Source: an uncultured Bacilli bacterium (GTDB taxonomy: Bacteria > Bacillota_I > Bacilli_A > RF39 > UBA660). Taken from it: a DNA stretch of 57,619 nucleotides. Positions within the stretch are counted from its first letter, which is position 1; the number at the start of each line of letters is the position of its first letter. The notes under the pieces are model-generated. The model saw nothing but the letters and a program-made list of their open reading frames with translations. It was not told the origin of the DNA and ran no database searches. This document shows positions 18,057 to 27,699 of this stretch, one piece after another. Position numbers and translations under genes: made by a program. The stretch covers positions 1-57,619 of the forward strand of contig CANQIE010000004.1 in assembly GCA_947623935.1 (NCBI GenBank), read 5' to 3'.

Positions 18057-20460
18057 GTAATTTTAAAAATAATTGCATGTATTCTTTTGTAAGTTTCTGT
18101 CTTTTAAGTTTTCTAATTTCAATCCGTTTTTTCTTAATTGGTAACTCAGAAAACATAATCGAAGAGATTTTTTCCTTTAAATAGGTATTGATCTGTAAGT
18201 CCATCAAGATACTATCAATATCATCATTAATTACACGAACGGCATCGATTTCGATATCTTTTCCACGGCAGTTAATGGTAAGTTGTCCGACACTGGGAAC
18301 TTTACTTACCTCTACCACAAAGTCATTTTGTTCAATGTAACTTTTGGTAGGAATGCTCGTACTATTGAAGTAGGCCACAATGGAATCAGCTTCTTTGGTG
18401 TTACGGAAACGAATCTTGTAATCTCGATATTGAGGCACTAATCCGCTCTTTCCTTGAAGTGAACGAATAATCACAGTGTAGTTACTAGGTAAATAGTTAT
18501 AATCTATTTGCGTCGTTAAAAAGTAACCATCTTTATAAAGAGACGTTACTCCATCATCTTCATACAAGTTATAAGTATTGTTCTTTCCCGGGAATACATG
18601 AATTTCCATTTCAGTAGGATTTCCTGTATTATTTTGATTGCTCTTATTTGATAATGGAATAATACTTCCTCCACGAACAAACACCGGATAATCTTCATCA
18701 CGGAAGAAAGAAACTTGTTTCTTATTTCCAGGGAATTTTTTCCCTGTCTTAAAGTCATACCAAATACCTTCTGGAACATAGAAGCGATGAATGGTACGGT
18801 TCATAACCAAATCTTTTTTCGAAAGAATGGGCGCAATCATCATTTCGTCCCCAAAGTAGTATTGATTCCTGTAATCTTCATCATCATAGATCCATGGAAC
18901 CGAATAATATAAAGGTTCAATTAATGGTTTTCCGGTCATAGAATAGGCATAACTTGCCGTATATAAATAAGGAATTAGGCGGTGTCTTAAACGTAAGTAA
19001 TCATCCACGACCGTCATGGTTTTAATATCCCATCTCCAAGGCTCTCTTTTATAGTATTTTCCACGTGCGGAATGGAATCTTAAAATAGGACTAAATACCC
19101 CTAACTGGACATAACGAATATAAAGTTCAGGGTCCTCTATTCCACCATGGTTACCACCAATATCATGGCTCCACCATGAAACTCCTTGATTAGCAGCATT
19201 TTGATTTAAGATAGGAATTTTTCGTAAAGTATCCCAGGTTGCTTCTGTTTCTCCAGAATAAAGTACAGGATACCTATGAGGTGCAATTAAAGCAGGACGC
19301 CCTAAAAGCATTCCTCTTTTCGCATTGGTTCTTGCAAGATCTAAGAATTGATAATGGTTTAATAGCCATAAATCCGTCATACCTTTATCCACTTTATCAT
19401 AATCGTTCCAAAAGAAATCGACCTTCTTAGCTTCTAAAGAATGTAAAAATAATTTCATGTACACATCCATACAAACGGGATTCTCTGGATCAAATGGAAT
19501 AATCGTATCTTCCCCTGGCTTTAAATATTTAACCGCCTCGTTATATAAACTTTCAAACGGATAAATACCTTCGCTTGGATCCACTTGTAGGCCTACTCTT
19601 ATATTATGTTCATGTAACATTTTAATCGTTTCTTCTGGATTCGGGAACAAAGTAGGATTAAAGGTAAATCCTGTTTTCACTTTTGTTCTATTTCCTTTTT
19701 TATCTTGTATTTCTCTTAAGTGCCAATCTTTATCTAAAAGCACCACCGATATAGGAATATCGTGATATTCAAAATTACGTACTAATTCTTCTAAAGAATC
19801 GTTGCTATATTCTGTATTTCTACTCCACCAGTTACCCAAGGCATATCTTGGAATAAAAGAAGGATTTCCCGTCAATTTAAAATAATCTTGTAACGCTAAT
19901 TTAAAATCGTCTTTATATACAAATAAATAAATATCGATACCTGGATTATCTCTTTTCTTGAATGTTCCATCAGATTCAAACAATAGACTATTACTATCAT
20001 CAAAAGAAGCAAAACCATCCAGTGAATAAAGTCCTCTATAAGGAACTCTATTTTTCTTAGATCCATCAAAAGAAGTAAATACGCCCTTTAAATTCCTTGC
20101 TTCGGGATGTCTATAGTACCAAGTCTTATCGGTATCTCGAATATTTACTTTCAAATTATTCATTGGGACTACTTTCCCAGCATCAAAACTCATCTCTTTT
20201 TGATATTCTAATTCCAAGTATTTGGTACGAATTACTAAAAACTTATTATCTTCTTTTACTTCGAAAGCAAAAGGAGGAAAATTACGAAAAAGAGCAAACT
20301 GACTAGGAGCATCATAAAAAATTCCCTTCGGATTATATTCCATACGAATAAGTCTTTCGGTTAAAATGGTAAAACGATATGTTTGTCCAGATATAACAGA
20401 TTGTCCATTCGGATACGCATTCTTCATATCAAATTGAAATTGTTTACCTATATCGTACAC
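18034..20460 (-). CDS. Glycoside hydrolase family 31 protein (with DUF5110-type C-terminal domain)
   Basis: PRYALGNWWSR, LDKDWH, FFWND (nucleophile), HRYP, WWSHDIGG, QLGVFSPILRFH, LYEDDG. Confidence 0.88.
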   Translation of the reverse strand: MYDIGKQFQFDMKNAYPNGQSVISGQTYRFTILTERLIRMEYNPKGIFYDAPSQFALFRNFPPFAFEVKEDNKFLVIRTKYLELEYQKEMSFDAGKVVPMNNLKVNIRDTDKTWYYRHPEARNLKGVFTSFDGSKKNRVPYRGLYSLDGFASFDDSNSLLFESDGTFKKRDNPGIDIYLFVYKDDFKLALQDYFKLTGNPSFIPRYALGNWWSRNTEYSNDSLEELVRNFEYHDIPISVVLLDKDWHLREIQDKKGNRTKVKTGFTFNPTLFPNPEETIKMLHEHNIRVGLQVDPSEGIYPFESLYNEAVKYLKPGEDTIIPFDPENPVCMDVYMKLFLHSLEAKKVDFFWNDYDKVDKGMTDLWLLNHYQFLDLARTNAKRGMLLGRPALIAPHRYPVLYSGETEATWDTLRKIPILNQNAANQGVSWWSHDIGGNHGGIEDPELYIRYVQLGVFSPILRFHSARGKYYKREPWRWDIKTMTVVDDYLRLRHRLIPYLYTASYAYSMTGKPLIEPLYYSVPWIYDDEDYRNQYYFGDEMMIAPILSKKDLVMNRTIHRFYVPEGIWYDFKTGKKFPGNKKQVSFFRDEDYPVFVRGGSIIPLSNKSNQNNTGNPTEMEIHVFPGKNNTYNLYEDDGVTSLYKDGYFLTTQIDYNYLPSNYTVIIRSLQGKSGLVPQYRDYKIRFRNTKEADSIVAYFNSTSIPTKSYIEQNDFVVEVSKVPSVGQLTINCRGKDIEIDAVRVINDDIDSILMDLQINTYLKEKISSIMFSELPIKKKRIEIRKLKRQKLTKEYMQLFLKLLEYIGEI

Positions 20461-20574
20461 AATATCACCCCATCTATTCTTACTCTATATTATCATATCA
20501 TAAAAAGAAGAAGGTTACAATTATTCCAAAGAAATTTTCTCTTTTTGATTTTATTATATTTAAAATATGAAATC

Positions 20575-20602
20575 AAAAAAATACCTACAATAAAGTAGGT
20601 AT
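20575..20602 (-). terminator. Intrinsic terminator after the CLec-domain gene
   Basis: ATACCTAC-N6-GTAGGTAT followed by a T-run on the minus strand. Confidence 0.7.
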
Positions 20603-20644
20603 CATTCAAGAATAAAATTTAATTATTTTTTTAAGAAAAGGATG

Positions 20645-22414
20645 CTACGCTCCTATAGGAGCAAGCACAAGGCGAAACGAGCGGTCGACGTTCGCATTGC
20701 CATGGGTGCCATAAAACCAGAACACTCCTGCAGTCGAGCTATAAGTACAGTTGCCGCCGCGTTGGAGCCACGGGGTCGAAGAGATTACAAATCCTTGTTC
20801 ATCTCCATACCAGCCTGGAGTCTCTGATAAAGCATGTCCATAACATACTCCTTTATCGCATGCTGTTGCAGCTGCATCTCCGCTATATAAATCATAATAT
20901 TTTTCGTCTGGAAATGCTCGTCCATTTTCTACTGAACCACTATTTAATACTCCATTGAATCCTGAATTATATTGAGTAGTTCCACCACTTCTTGGTTTAC
21001 CAGTTCCATCATCTAATGCACCCATTACATACTCAATGGTTCCACCACTCATATCATATACTCCTGTTATATTTCCTGTCGTGGATGTTTTTAATCCGTT
21101 TGTTGAAGTATAATCTTCACTACATCTTGCAGCTCCTGTCCGAAATTGACTACAACTATTTATTAATACTTCCGTTTGATCTTTACCATATTTTCCATAT
21201 TTGCTTTGAGATAAGTATACTACTGCTCCCCATTCACTATTCTTACTCATATGTGTATCATAACTGGTTTGACTATTAGAAAATCCGTAAACATTATTAT
21301 TTGTTGTTTGCATCCTTCTACTTACTTCAAAAGCAGTTGATACTCGGATTCCTCTCCATGAAGTTACACTTGGTCTTATTTCTGGAGTATACGTTTCTAT
21401 ATCACATTCAGTATCTACCGAAAAATTTATTGCAGTACATTCTTCTTTACTGCTTGTTTCAAACTTTCCATACCAGAATCCAGTTAATTCATCACTTCCA
21501 AAAGTAAAAGCTGGATGCACTATATAATCATCGGTACTTACTGTATTACTAGTTCCATTGATAAAGTTGACTTTAATTTCCCCTGGATTTAGGTAGCATT
21601 CATAATTACCACTTACAATACTACTTGTGCAATTGCTTTTATATCCTCCAGCATTTTTTATACTTACATAATTGTATTCATATCTTGGAATCCATACCCA
21701 CATCGTGTTGATGTCATCCATAAGTATGGGTGTCCCTGCTTCTGCTGTTTGATAACTCTCTCTTTTCTTAGTACTTACTCCATCATCATCTAATTTTACA
21801 GTTACCGCATTCGCCCATTCTTGATTATAGTAATTGTACCATTGTTTAGTGGTATTTGCTTTTACCCATGACTTTTGACTTTCATCATAAACAACCGGTA
21901 TTAATCCTTCTACTAATTTAGGAGTATTGGGTTCTATCCTTTCATAAGTTTCCGTAATTTTACTTTCATTTTCCGCAACTACTAAAGTTTTATTGCTTAA
22001 TCCACATCTTCCATAAAAAGTTATAGTCTCATCACTAGTTCCATTATTCTTTAATCTTAAAATGTATGTCTTTGTATTTCCTATTGCTAAACTTTCTACT
22101 TCTATTGCACTTTCATTACTACTTGCTGCTGAAACTTCTATATTGTTTCCACTATAAGTGATTGTAGAGTGAATATTCGTTAAACTTTGATTGGTTAAAG
22201 TGATTTCTATCTCTCTTTCTGCACCAGCTTTTAAAGTTATTTGATTGTTTGTTAAATCTTTGCTTTCAATAGGACAAGAAACGTTTCCTACCGCAATGTT
22301 AAGGGCACCTTTCTTTTCAATTTTTATGGTGAAAAGTGCATAACTAAAACTAATAATCCCTACAATCATTAAAGTTATTACTATGCTAAATAGAATTTTA
22401 ACTTTATCTTTCAA
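20645..22414 (-). CDS. Membrane-anchored surface protein with C-terminal CLec/FGE-sulfatase-like fold; probable DGR target
   Basis: N-terminal signal/TM (ISFSYA), WVWIPRY, GFWYGKFE, EWGAVVYLS, GVYDMSGG-x-x-E, RGG...AGVF...SFRLVL C-terminus. Confidence 0.75.
   Translation of the reverse strand: MKDKVKILFSIVITLMIVGIISFSYALFTIKIEKKGALNIAVGNVSCPIESKDLTNNQITLKAGAEREIEITLTNQSLTNIHSTITYSGNNIEVSAASSNESAIEVESLAIGNTKTYILRLKNNGTSDETITFYGRCGLSNKTLVVAENESKITETYERIEPNTPKLVEGLIPVVYDESQKSWVKANTTKQWYNYYNQEWANAVTVKLDDDGVSTKKRESYQTAEAGTPILMDDINTMWVWIPRYEYNYVSIKNAGGYKSNCTSSIVSGNYECYLNPGEIKVNFINGTSNTVSTDDYIVHPAFTFGSDELTGFWYGKFETSSKEECTAINFSVDTECDIETYTPEIRPSVTSWRGIRVSTAFEVSRRMQTTNNNVYGFSNSQTSYDTHMSKNSEWGAVVYLSQSKYGKYGKDQTEVLINSCSQFRTGAARCSEDYTSTNGLKTSTTGNITGVYDMSGGTIEYVMGALDDGTGKPRSGGTTQYNSGFNGVLNSGSVENGRAFPDEKYYDLYSGDAAATACDKGVCYGHALSETPGWYGDEQGFVISSTPWLQRGGNCTYSSTAGVFWFYGTHGNANVDRSFRLVLAPIGA
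20649..20794 (-). other. Putative DGR variable region (VR) with 3' invariant end and terminal palindrome
   Basis: 77 of 136 nt are G+C over 20645-20780 (hand count) in an AT-rich gene; conserved residues use A-free codons, variable positions are NNC/NNT; palindrome GCTCCTATAGGAGC at 20649-20662. Confidence 0.7.
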
Positions 22415-22467
22415 ATTAAAACACCTCTTTCTATAGTATTTACTTTCCTATTTTTACTTATAACATA

Positions 22468-22496
22468 AGTATAAAATTAGATATTCTATTCGTCAA
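22468..22496 (-). promoter_or_regulatory. Sigma-A promoter of the CLec-domain gene
   Basis: TTGACG-N17-TATACT. Confidence 0.65.
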
Positions 22497-22517
22497 GAGA
22501 GTTCTTTAAAGAGAAGA

Positions 22518-23528
22518 TTAAAACGTGACAAATTGTTTCCACTTTTCTTCTAATGCTTTTCTTTCATTTTCCGATAAGGAATCTATTTCCTTGATTTCAA
22601 CTTCTTCTCTATCAAATACTTTATAATCTGTTAATACTATGGCAATGTTACTTTCTAAAGATAAAGTATCTTTCAAAAAAGAGATTTTAATATTAAGATT
22701 ACTGTTATTTAAATCATCTTTTTCCTTATCGATGATGAAGTCTACACTATAAGGCAAATCGTACCATGAAGAATCTAGATGAATTAATATTTCTTTATCT
22801 TGAACTTGAATAGTTCCAGATATATTTTGCCCATCGCTTTTATAACTACTAAAAGTATATTCGGTTTCTTTTACTAATTCATAACGGGTGTTATCTTGGT
22901 TATTTGTAAGTGAAAAAAGTTCTTTATTTTCTAGACTTTGATAACTAAACGTATAATTGTTTTTTTCTAACTCCATCAAAAGAATATGGTTCATGCCTTT
23001 AATATAAAGATTGATTTCTTCATCTTCTGATAGTCTTAATGTATATTTACGTACTCTTTCCTCTTTCCCATTTAATGAAAGCGTTATATCTTTTGTTGTA
23101 CTCGATTCAAACTGTTTTCCTTCTTTTAAAGATTTTATGAGATTTGATATTTGTTCTTTATTCATGAAGAAATCTTGATTTATAGTTGTATGATAATATT
23201 CTTGATCGAGTTCAAAATAAAGATCTTTCTCTTGTTTCCATACATTAAAAGAAACAGGTTCTGCTTCAAAAAGATTTTCTAAAGATTTTGAAATGGTGGT
23301 GCTTATTTCCATCGTGGAATTTTCGTTTAAAAGAGCAAAATAAGGGCTATTTAAGTCTTCTACGATTTGGTTTATACTTTTGTTCATTTTAGAAAGATTG
23401 GTTATTAATAATTTACTAGGATCAGATAGAGCATAAATGACATAAAAGATCCCCATGCAGCCTATGATAGTGACTAAAACAATGATAACACCTAATAAGG
23501 GATTAGGTTTTACTTTGGTATTGTTCAT
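22518..23528 (-). CDS. Hypothetical membrane-anchored protein
   Basis: N-terminal TM and beta-rich ectodomain; SD AGGAG. Confidence 0.55.
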   Translation of the reverse strand: MNNTKVKPNPLLGVIIVLVTIIGCMGIFYVIYALSDPSKLLITNLSKMNKSINQIVEDLNSPYFALLNENSTMEISTTISKSLENLFEAEPVSFNVWKQEKDLYFELDQEYYHTTINQDFFMNKEQISNLIKSLKEGKQFESSTTKDITLSLNGKEERVRKYTLRLSEDEEINLYIKGMNHILLMELEKNNYTFSYQSLENKELFSLTNNQDNTRYELVKETEYTFSSYKSDGQNISGTIQVQDKEILIHLDSSWYDLPYSVDFIIDKEKDDLNNSNLNIKISFLKDTLSLESNIAIVLTDYKVFDREEVEIKEIDSLSENERKALEEKWKQFVTF

Positions 23529-23536
23529 AGCGTCTC

Positions 23537-24664
23537 CTATTTATCGATAAACATAACGTAGTATTCATCGAAGGTTAGATTATTTTCTTTCATGTAAGTG
23601 GCAATTTCTACTCCGACATAACGGAAGTGCCATGCTTCATAACTGTAACCCGTAATCTTTTCTTTTCCTTTAGGGTAACGTAATATAAAGCCATATTCGT
23701 GCGCATGTTCTGTTAACCATTTATATTCTTTGGTATTCGCAAACACACTGGTTTCACTTTGGGCAATATCGATAACAAGTCCTGTTTGATGTTCTGAAAA
23801 ACCAGGGCGAGCTGCTATTTCATCGGCTCTTTTACTACCATATAATTTGACATAGTCGTTGTAGAGACTTTCTTGTTGTTGATACGTTCTATAGGAACTT
23901 CTTGCTCTCATCGTAAGTCCTTCTTTGGAAGCATCATCGACCATTTTAATAAAAGCTTCTTCAGCTACTCTAGACATATACTGATTTCCATTGATACAAT
24001 AACTACTTGGAATTTCCACTAAGTCATCCGGTACATAGTTTTCACTTAATTTACGATATTTATTGGCTAATACATCGATAGAGAAATCATGAATCTCAAT
24101 GGCATCTTCATAAAAATCACGGTCTAATCCAATATTGACCTGTACGACCGCATCTTGATCCATGGCTACGGTTTTTGCTTGGTATTCTTTATAACGATCT
24201 AGATAAGCTAATTTGGCATAGTCGTATTTTAAATACCGAAGCGTATTGGGTTGATAATCTTTTTCAAGAAAACTTGTTATATCTTCATCGTTTCCCGTTT
24301 TTAAAATAGCATCAATTTCTTCAACACTATAACCTTTGGCAAAGAGTTCATTAATATGTTTGGTAAATTGTTCTTGATCTTGATATGAAACTTGAGCATA
24401 GATATCGATGTTCTCTTTCTTAAAGTCTTTACTTGAAAGCGCTTTATCTAGTGCTTTATTGTCTTTATGTTTAGAGGCATAATCCTTTAGTCCTTGACTA
24501 AATATGACGTCTACTGCTTCTTTTGAATAACCATAGGACGCAATCTCATTTTTTTGGATTTGAACATAAGTAAAAGGCACCACAATTAAAAGAAGAAGAA
24601 CACCTACTATTCCTAATAATTTCATTCCTTTTTTAGATAATTTTAATTTCTTTTTAACGGCCAT
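23537..24664 (-). CDS. M15B family D-Ala-D-Ala/LD-carboxypeptidase (VanY/LdcB-like)
   Basis: SSYR, PGFSEHQTGLVID, YEAWHFRYVG; start at MAVKKK after SD GAGGTGG. Confidence 0.88.
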   Translation of the reverse strand: MAVKKKLKLSKKGMKLLGIVGVLLLLIVVPFTYVQIQKNEIASYGYSKEAVDVIFSQGLKDYASKHKDNKALDKALSSKDFKKENIDIYAQVSYQDQEQFTKHINELFAKGYSVEEIDAILKTGNDEDITSFLEKDYQPNTLRYLKYDYAKLAYLDRYKEYQAKTVAMDQDAVVQVNIGLDRDFYEDAIEIHDFSIDVLANKYRKLSENYVPDDLVEIPSSYCINGNQYMSRVAEEAFIKMVDDASKEGLTMRARSSYRTYQQQESLYNDYVKLYGSKRADEIAARPGFSEHQTGLVIDIAQSETSVFANTKEYKWLTEHAHEYGFILRYPKGKEKITGYSYEAWHFRYVGVEIATYMKENNLTFDEYYVMFIDK

Positions 24665-24741
24665 AGCCCCACCTCTATTCTCTATTCGATTATAGCATAG
24701 ATAAGAAATCTTTTTCAACAATAGGATCATTATTTGTTATA

Positions 24742-25689
24742 ATGAAAGAGGTGAGATGTATGAATACTTTTCCTTATAGTGATAGCAATAAACGTTACCA
24801 CACACTCGACTATTTTCATAAAAAGAAGTTTGCATCGAAAGTTTTTAAAGTCAGTTTGAATTTAGGTTTAACGTGTCCTAATCGGGATGGAACCAAAGGC
24901 GTTGGAGGATGTATCTATTGTTCTAATTTAAGTGGCGACTTTGCGGGGAACAAAGAAGAAGATTTAAAGACCCAATTTGAAAGTGTAAAAGAGGTACTTT
25001 TAAAGAAATGGCCTAATAGTCTTTATATTGCTTATTTTCAAGCAGGAACGAATACCTATGCACCACTTTCCTTTTTAAAAGAAAAGTTTGAGGAAGTTTT
25101 AACTTACGATAAAGTAGTAGGTCTTCATATTGCAACAAGACCTGATGCCATTAGTGAAGAGTGTATTTCCTATTTAAAAGAACTAAGTAAAAAAACCTAT
25201 TTAGTCGTTGAACTAGGATTACAATCCATGCATGAAAAAACGGCTAAGTTTATTAACCGTGGACATGATCTTGCCTGTTTTGATTCCATGGTAAAACGCT
25301 TACGAAAAGAAAACATCAATGTCATTGTTCATATCATTAATGGACTTCCTTATGAGACTAAAGAAGATATGCTTGAGACGGTTAAGTACTTAAATACTTT
25401 GGATATTCAAGGCATTAAAATTCACATGCTCCATGTTTTAAAAAATACCCCTTTAGGGTTACTTTATCAGACCAAACCATTTCCCATTTTAACAAGAGAA
25501 GAATATGTTGATATTGTGGTAGATGAGTTACGACTACTCCGCCCTGAAATCGTCATTCACCGGATTACAGGAGATCCCAAAGAAGAAGATTTAATCGAAC
25601 CGAAATGGCTTATTAAAAAGTTCGGTGTCTTAAATGAAATCGATAAAGAAATGGTCAAAAGAGATTGCTATCAAGGTGATAGGTTATAA
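24742..25689 (+). CDS. TIGR01212-type radical SAM protein (YhcC/YtqA family)
   Basis: TCPNRDGTKGVGGCIYC, YFQAGTNTY, ELGLQS, INRGH, GIKIHMLHV. Confidence 0.9.
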   Translation: MKEVRCMNTFPYSDSNKRYHTLDYFHKKKFASKVFKVSLNLGLTCPNRDGTKGVGGCIYCSNLSGDFAGNKEEDLKTQFESVKEVLLKKWPNSLYIAYFQAGTNTYAPLSFLKEKFEEVLTYDKVVGLHIATRPDAISEECISYLKELSKKTYLVVELGLQSMHEKTAKFINRGHDLACFDSMVKRLRKENINVIVHIINGLPYETKEDMLETVKYLNTLDIQGIKIHMLHVLKNTPLGLLYQTKPFPILTREEYVDIVVDELRLLRPEIVIHRITGDPKEEDLIEPKWLIKKFGVLNEIDKEMVKRDCYQGDRL

Positions 25690-25733
25690 ATTAAAAGAAA
25701 TCGGTCATACTATCCTGTAGGAGGATCCTATTT

Positions 25734-26255
25734 ATGCCGATTTATTTATTATGTTTAGAAATCTTTTTTGCCAGAATCATCGATGTTTCTTTAGGTACTT
25801 TTCGTACGATTATTACGGTCAAAGGAAAATCTTTTTATGCTGCCATGATCGGTTTTTTTGAAGTCTTAGTTTGGTTTTTAGTTGTAAAAGAGGCCCTTAA
25901 TACTACCGAGACGGGTATTTGGATTGGAATTAGTTATGCTTTAGGGTTTGCCGCTGGAACTTATATTGGAAGTGTGTTATCACAAAAACTCATTAAGGGA
26001 AAACTCTCCGTTCAGGTTATTACCAGTAGTCATAACGAAAAATTAATTGATGAAATACGCAACCAAGGTTATGCTGTATCCGTTATGGACATCGATGGAA
26101 AAAATAAAGAAGAAGATAAATATATGTTATTTATCGAAATCGACGATTATCGACTCGAAGAATTACAAAAAATCATTCGTAAAAATGATAAAAAAGCCTT
26201 TTTAGTCGTAAATGAGACCAAACTGGTACAAAATGGATATTTTGTAAAAAAATAA
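25734..26255 (+). CDS. DUF2179/DUF5698 (YebE-like) membrane protein
   Basis: IFFARIIDVSLGTFR, GFFEVLVW, YALGFAAGTYIG. Confidence 0.8.
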   Translation: MPIYLLCLEIFFARIIDVSLGTFRTIITVKGKSFYAAMIGFFEVLVWFLVVKEALNTTETGIWIGISYALGFAAGTYIGSVLSQKLIKGKLSVQVITSSHNEKLIDEIRNQGYAVSVMDIDGKNKEEDKYMLFIEIDDYRLEELQKIIRKNDKKAFLVVNETKLVQNGYFVKK

Positions 26256-26280
26256 AAATCCTAGACGAAGCTAGGATTTC
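26256..26280 (+). terminator. Terminator hairpin between convergent genes
   Basis: AAATCCTAG-ACGAAG-CTAGGATTT; a second inverted repeat GTCACTAG-AA-CTAGTGAC follows at about 26289-26306. Confidence 0.55.
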
Positions 26281-26351
26281 AAAACAACGTCACTAGAACT
26301 AGTGACATTATTATTTTATGTGGAAGAATAAAAATTATACCTTTCATTTTA

Positions 26352-27065
26352 TTATTCTACTATTCTTTTTATAGAACTAATTTTAAAATCTACATTTTTT
26401 ATAATACTTCTACAAAACTCACATCGATTTCCTACCACATTTGCTCCACAATTAGGACATTTTACCACATTTTCTTTTTCAAAATCTTTTCTAAAAGTGA
26501 CCTCAAATTTCTCCGTCATTGGTTTTTCCCTATCTCCACTAATAAGATGTCCGTTGTGATCAAGAACATAGTTAATATAGGAAACTTCAATCATTAAAGA
26601 AGCCGTTTGTTTATATGAAGTACTATCTACTTCATATAAAGTGACCTTCTTTCTCTGAATATCGTTGATAATCCTTTTCCTTCCTACTTTTAAATCAAGA
26701 CTAATACCCGTATAGTATTGATAAAAAAGCTGTTTAGTGCTAATCATCTTCATCATGTTATAATCTAAATTGTTATAAGCTTCTTCAAACTTAACAAAAA
26801 GATCATAAAAGAAATCTTTCAGAGGATCTATATCCTCCGTATTAAAAATTGCTAACTTATTTTTGGATACATCTCTATAAACTTTTTTCTCTTTAGTATT
26901 ATCACTCGCTCTATAATCTACGATATTGTTTTTAAAATATTTTCTACTATTTATTCTTCTAATTGTATTAGCAATAGCTCGACCGATGAACACCCAAAAT
27001 AGTAAAGGGACTGTATCAAATACAATAAAAAAGATAAAACTCAAAAATACTTGTGTAAAATCCAT
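26352..27065 (-). CDS. Tim44-like domain protein with N-terminal TM and C-terminal zinc ribbon
   Basis: FVKFEEAY...INYVLD...ISGD pattern; CPNCGA...CEFC. Confidence 0.65.
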   Translation of the reverse strand: MDFTQVFLSFIFFIVFDTVPLLFWVFIGRAIANTIRRINSRKYFKNNIVDYRASDNTKEKKVYRDVSKNKLAIFNTEDIDPLKDFFYDLFVKFEEAYNNLDYNMMKMISTKQLFYQYYTGISLDLKVGRKRIINDIQRKKVTLYEVDSTSYKQTASLMIEVSYINYVLDHNGHLISGDREKPMTEKFEVTFRKDFEKENVVKCPNCGANVVGNRCEFCRSIIKNVDFKISSIKRIVE

Positions 27066-27094
27066 TTTCTATTCACCCTCTTTCCTATTAAAAT

Positions 27095-27685
27095 TTATCC
27101 TTTGTAATGGGGATTCACTAACGTTCTACGACAATAAGAACATTTTCCTGTTTTTTTAGATAAAATATTATCTGCTCCACAATAAGGGCAATGCACATAA
27201 TTTGTATTTTTAGCTTTTTCTCTTTTGATTTTCATTTCCATATCATTTGCTTTTGATATTTCTGCATTTCTACTTTCAGTTTTATTTATATAATTTCTAA
27301 TTTCACTATTAATTTTGTTACTTACTTTATTAAAGATTTTTCTAAAAATAAATGATAGTATTAAAAATATGATGCCAATAGAGATTAATAATTTACTAAA
27401 CTTTATAAAATTTATATTATATAAGTCAGAAGTTAATATATTACTTAAATATGGAATTGTATCTGTTTTTATTTTTACAAGATCTAAGATGCTTGATAAA
27501 AATTTGGGAACAAGAAGAAGAATTCCTACTGAGAGAATAATTATGGGTGTAGAAATTTTTTTCCTATTACTATATACAAAATATCTTAAAATTAATAAAC
27601 AAATACCTAAAAATGGAATGAAATAAAGAGTTACCAATATAATTGGAATACTGGCTAAAAGTTTTATAAAAAAATTTTCTTTCAT
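27095..27685 (-). CDS. Membrane protein with C-terminal zinc ribbon
   Basis: 3-4 TM segments; CPYCGA...CSYC. Confidence 0.65.
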   Translation of the reverse strand: MKENFFIKLLASIPIILVTLYFIPFLGICLLILRYFVYSNRKKISTPIIILSVGILLLVPKFLSSILDLVKIKTDTIPYLSNILTSDLYNINFIKFSKLLISIGIIFLILSFIFRKIFNKVSNKINSEIRNYINKTESRNAEISKANDMEMKIKREKAKNTNYVHCPYCGADNILSKKTGKCSYCRRTLVNPHYKG

Positions 27686-27699
27686 TTTCCATTCCCCTA

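Noticed and set aside
20642-20827. 61-aa plus-strand ORF over the GC-rich segment
   Set aside because: Antisense shadow of the VR, open because the GC-rich sequence lacks stops; no SD
23537-24664. VanY as a vancomycin-resistance gene
   Set aside because: No van cluster genes nearby; housekeeping M15B carboxypeptidases share these motifs
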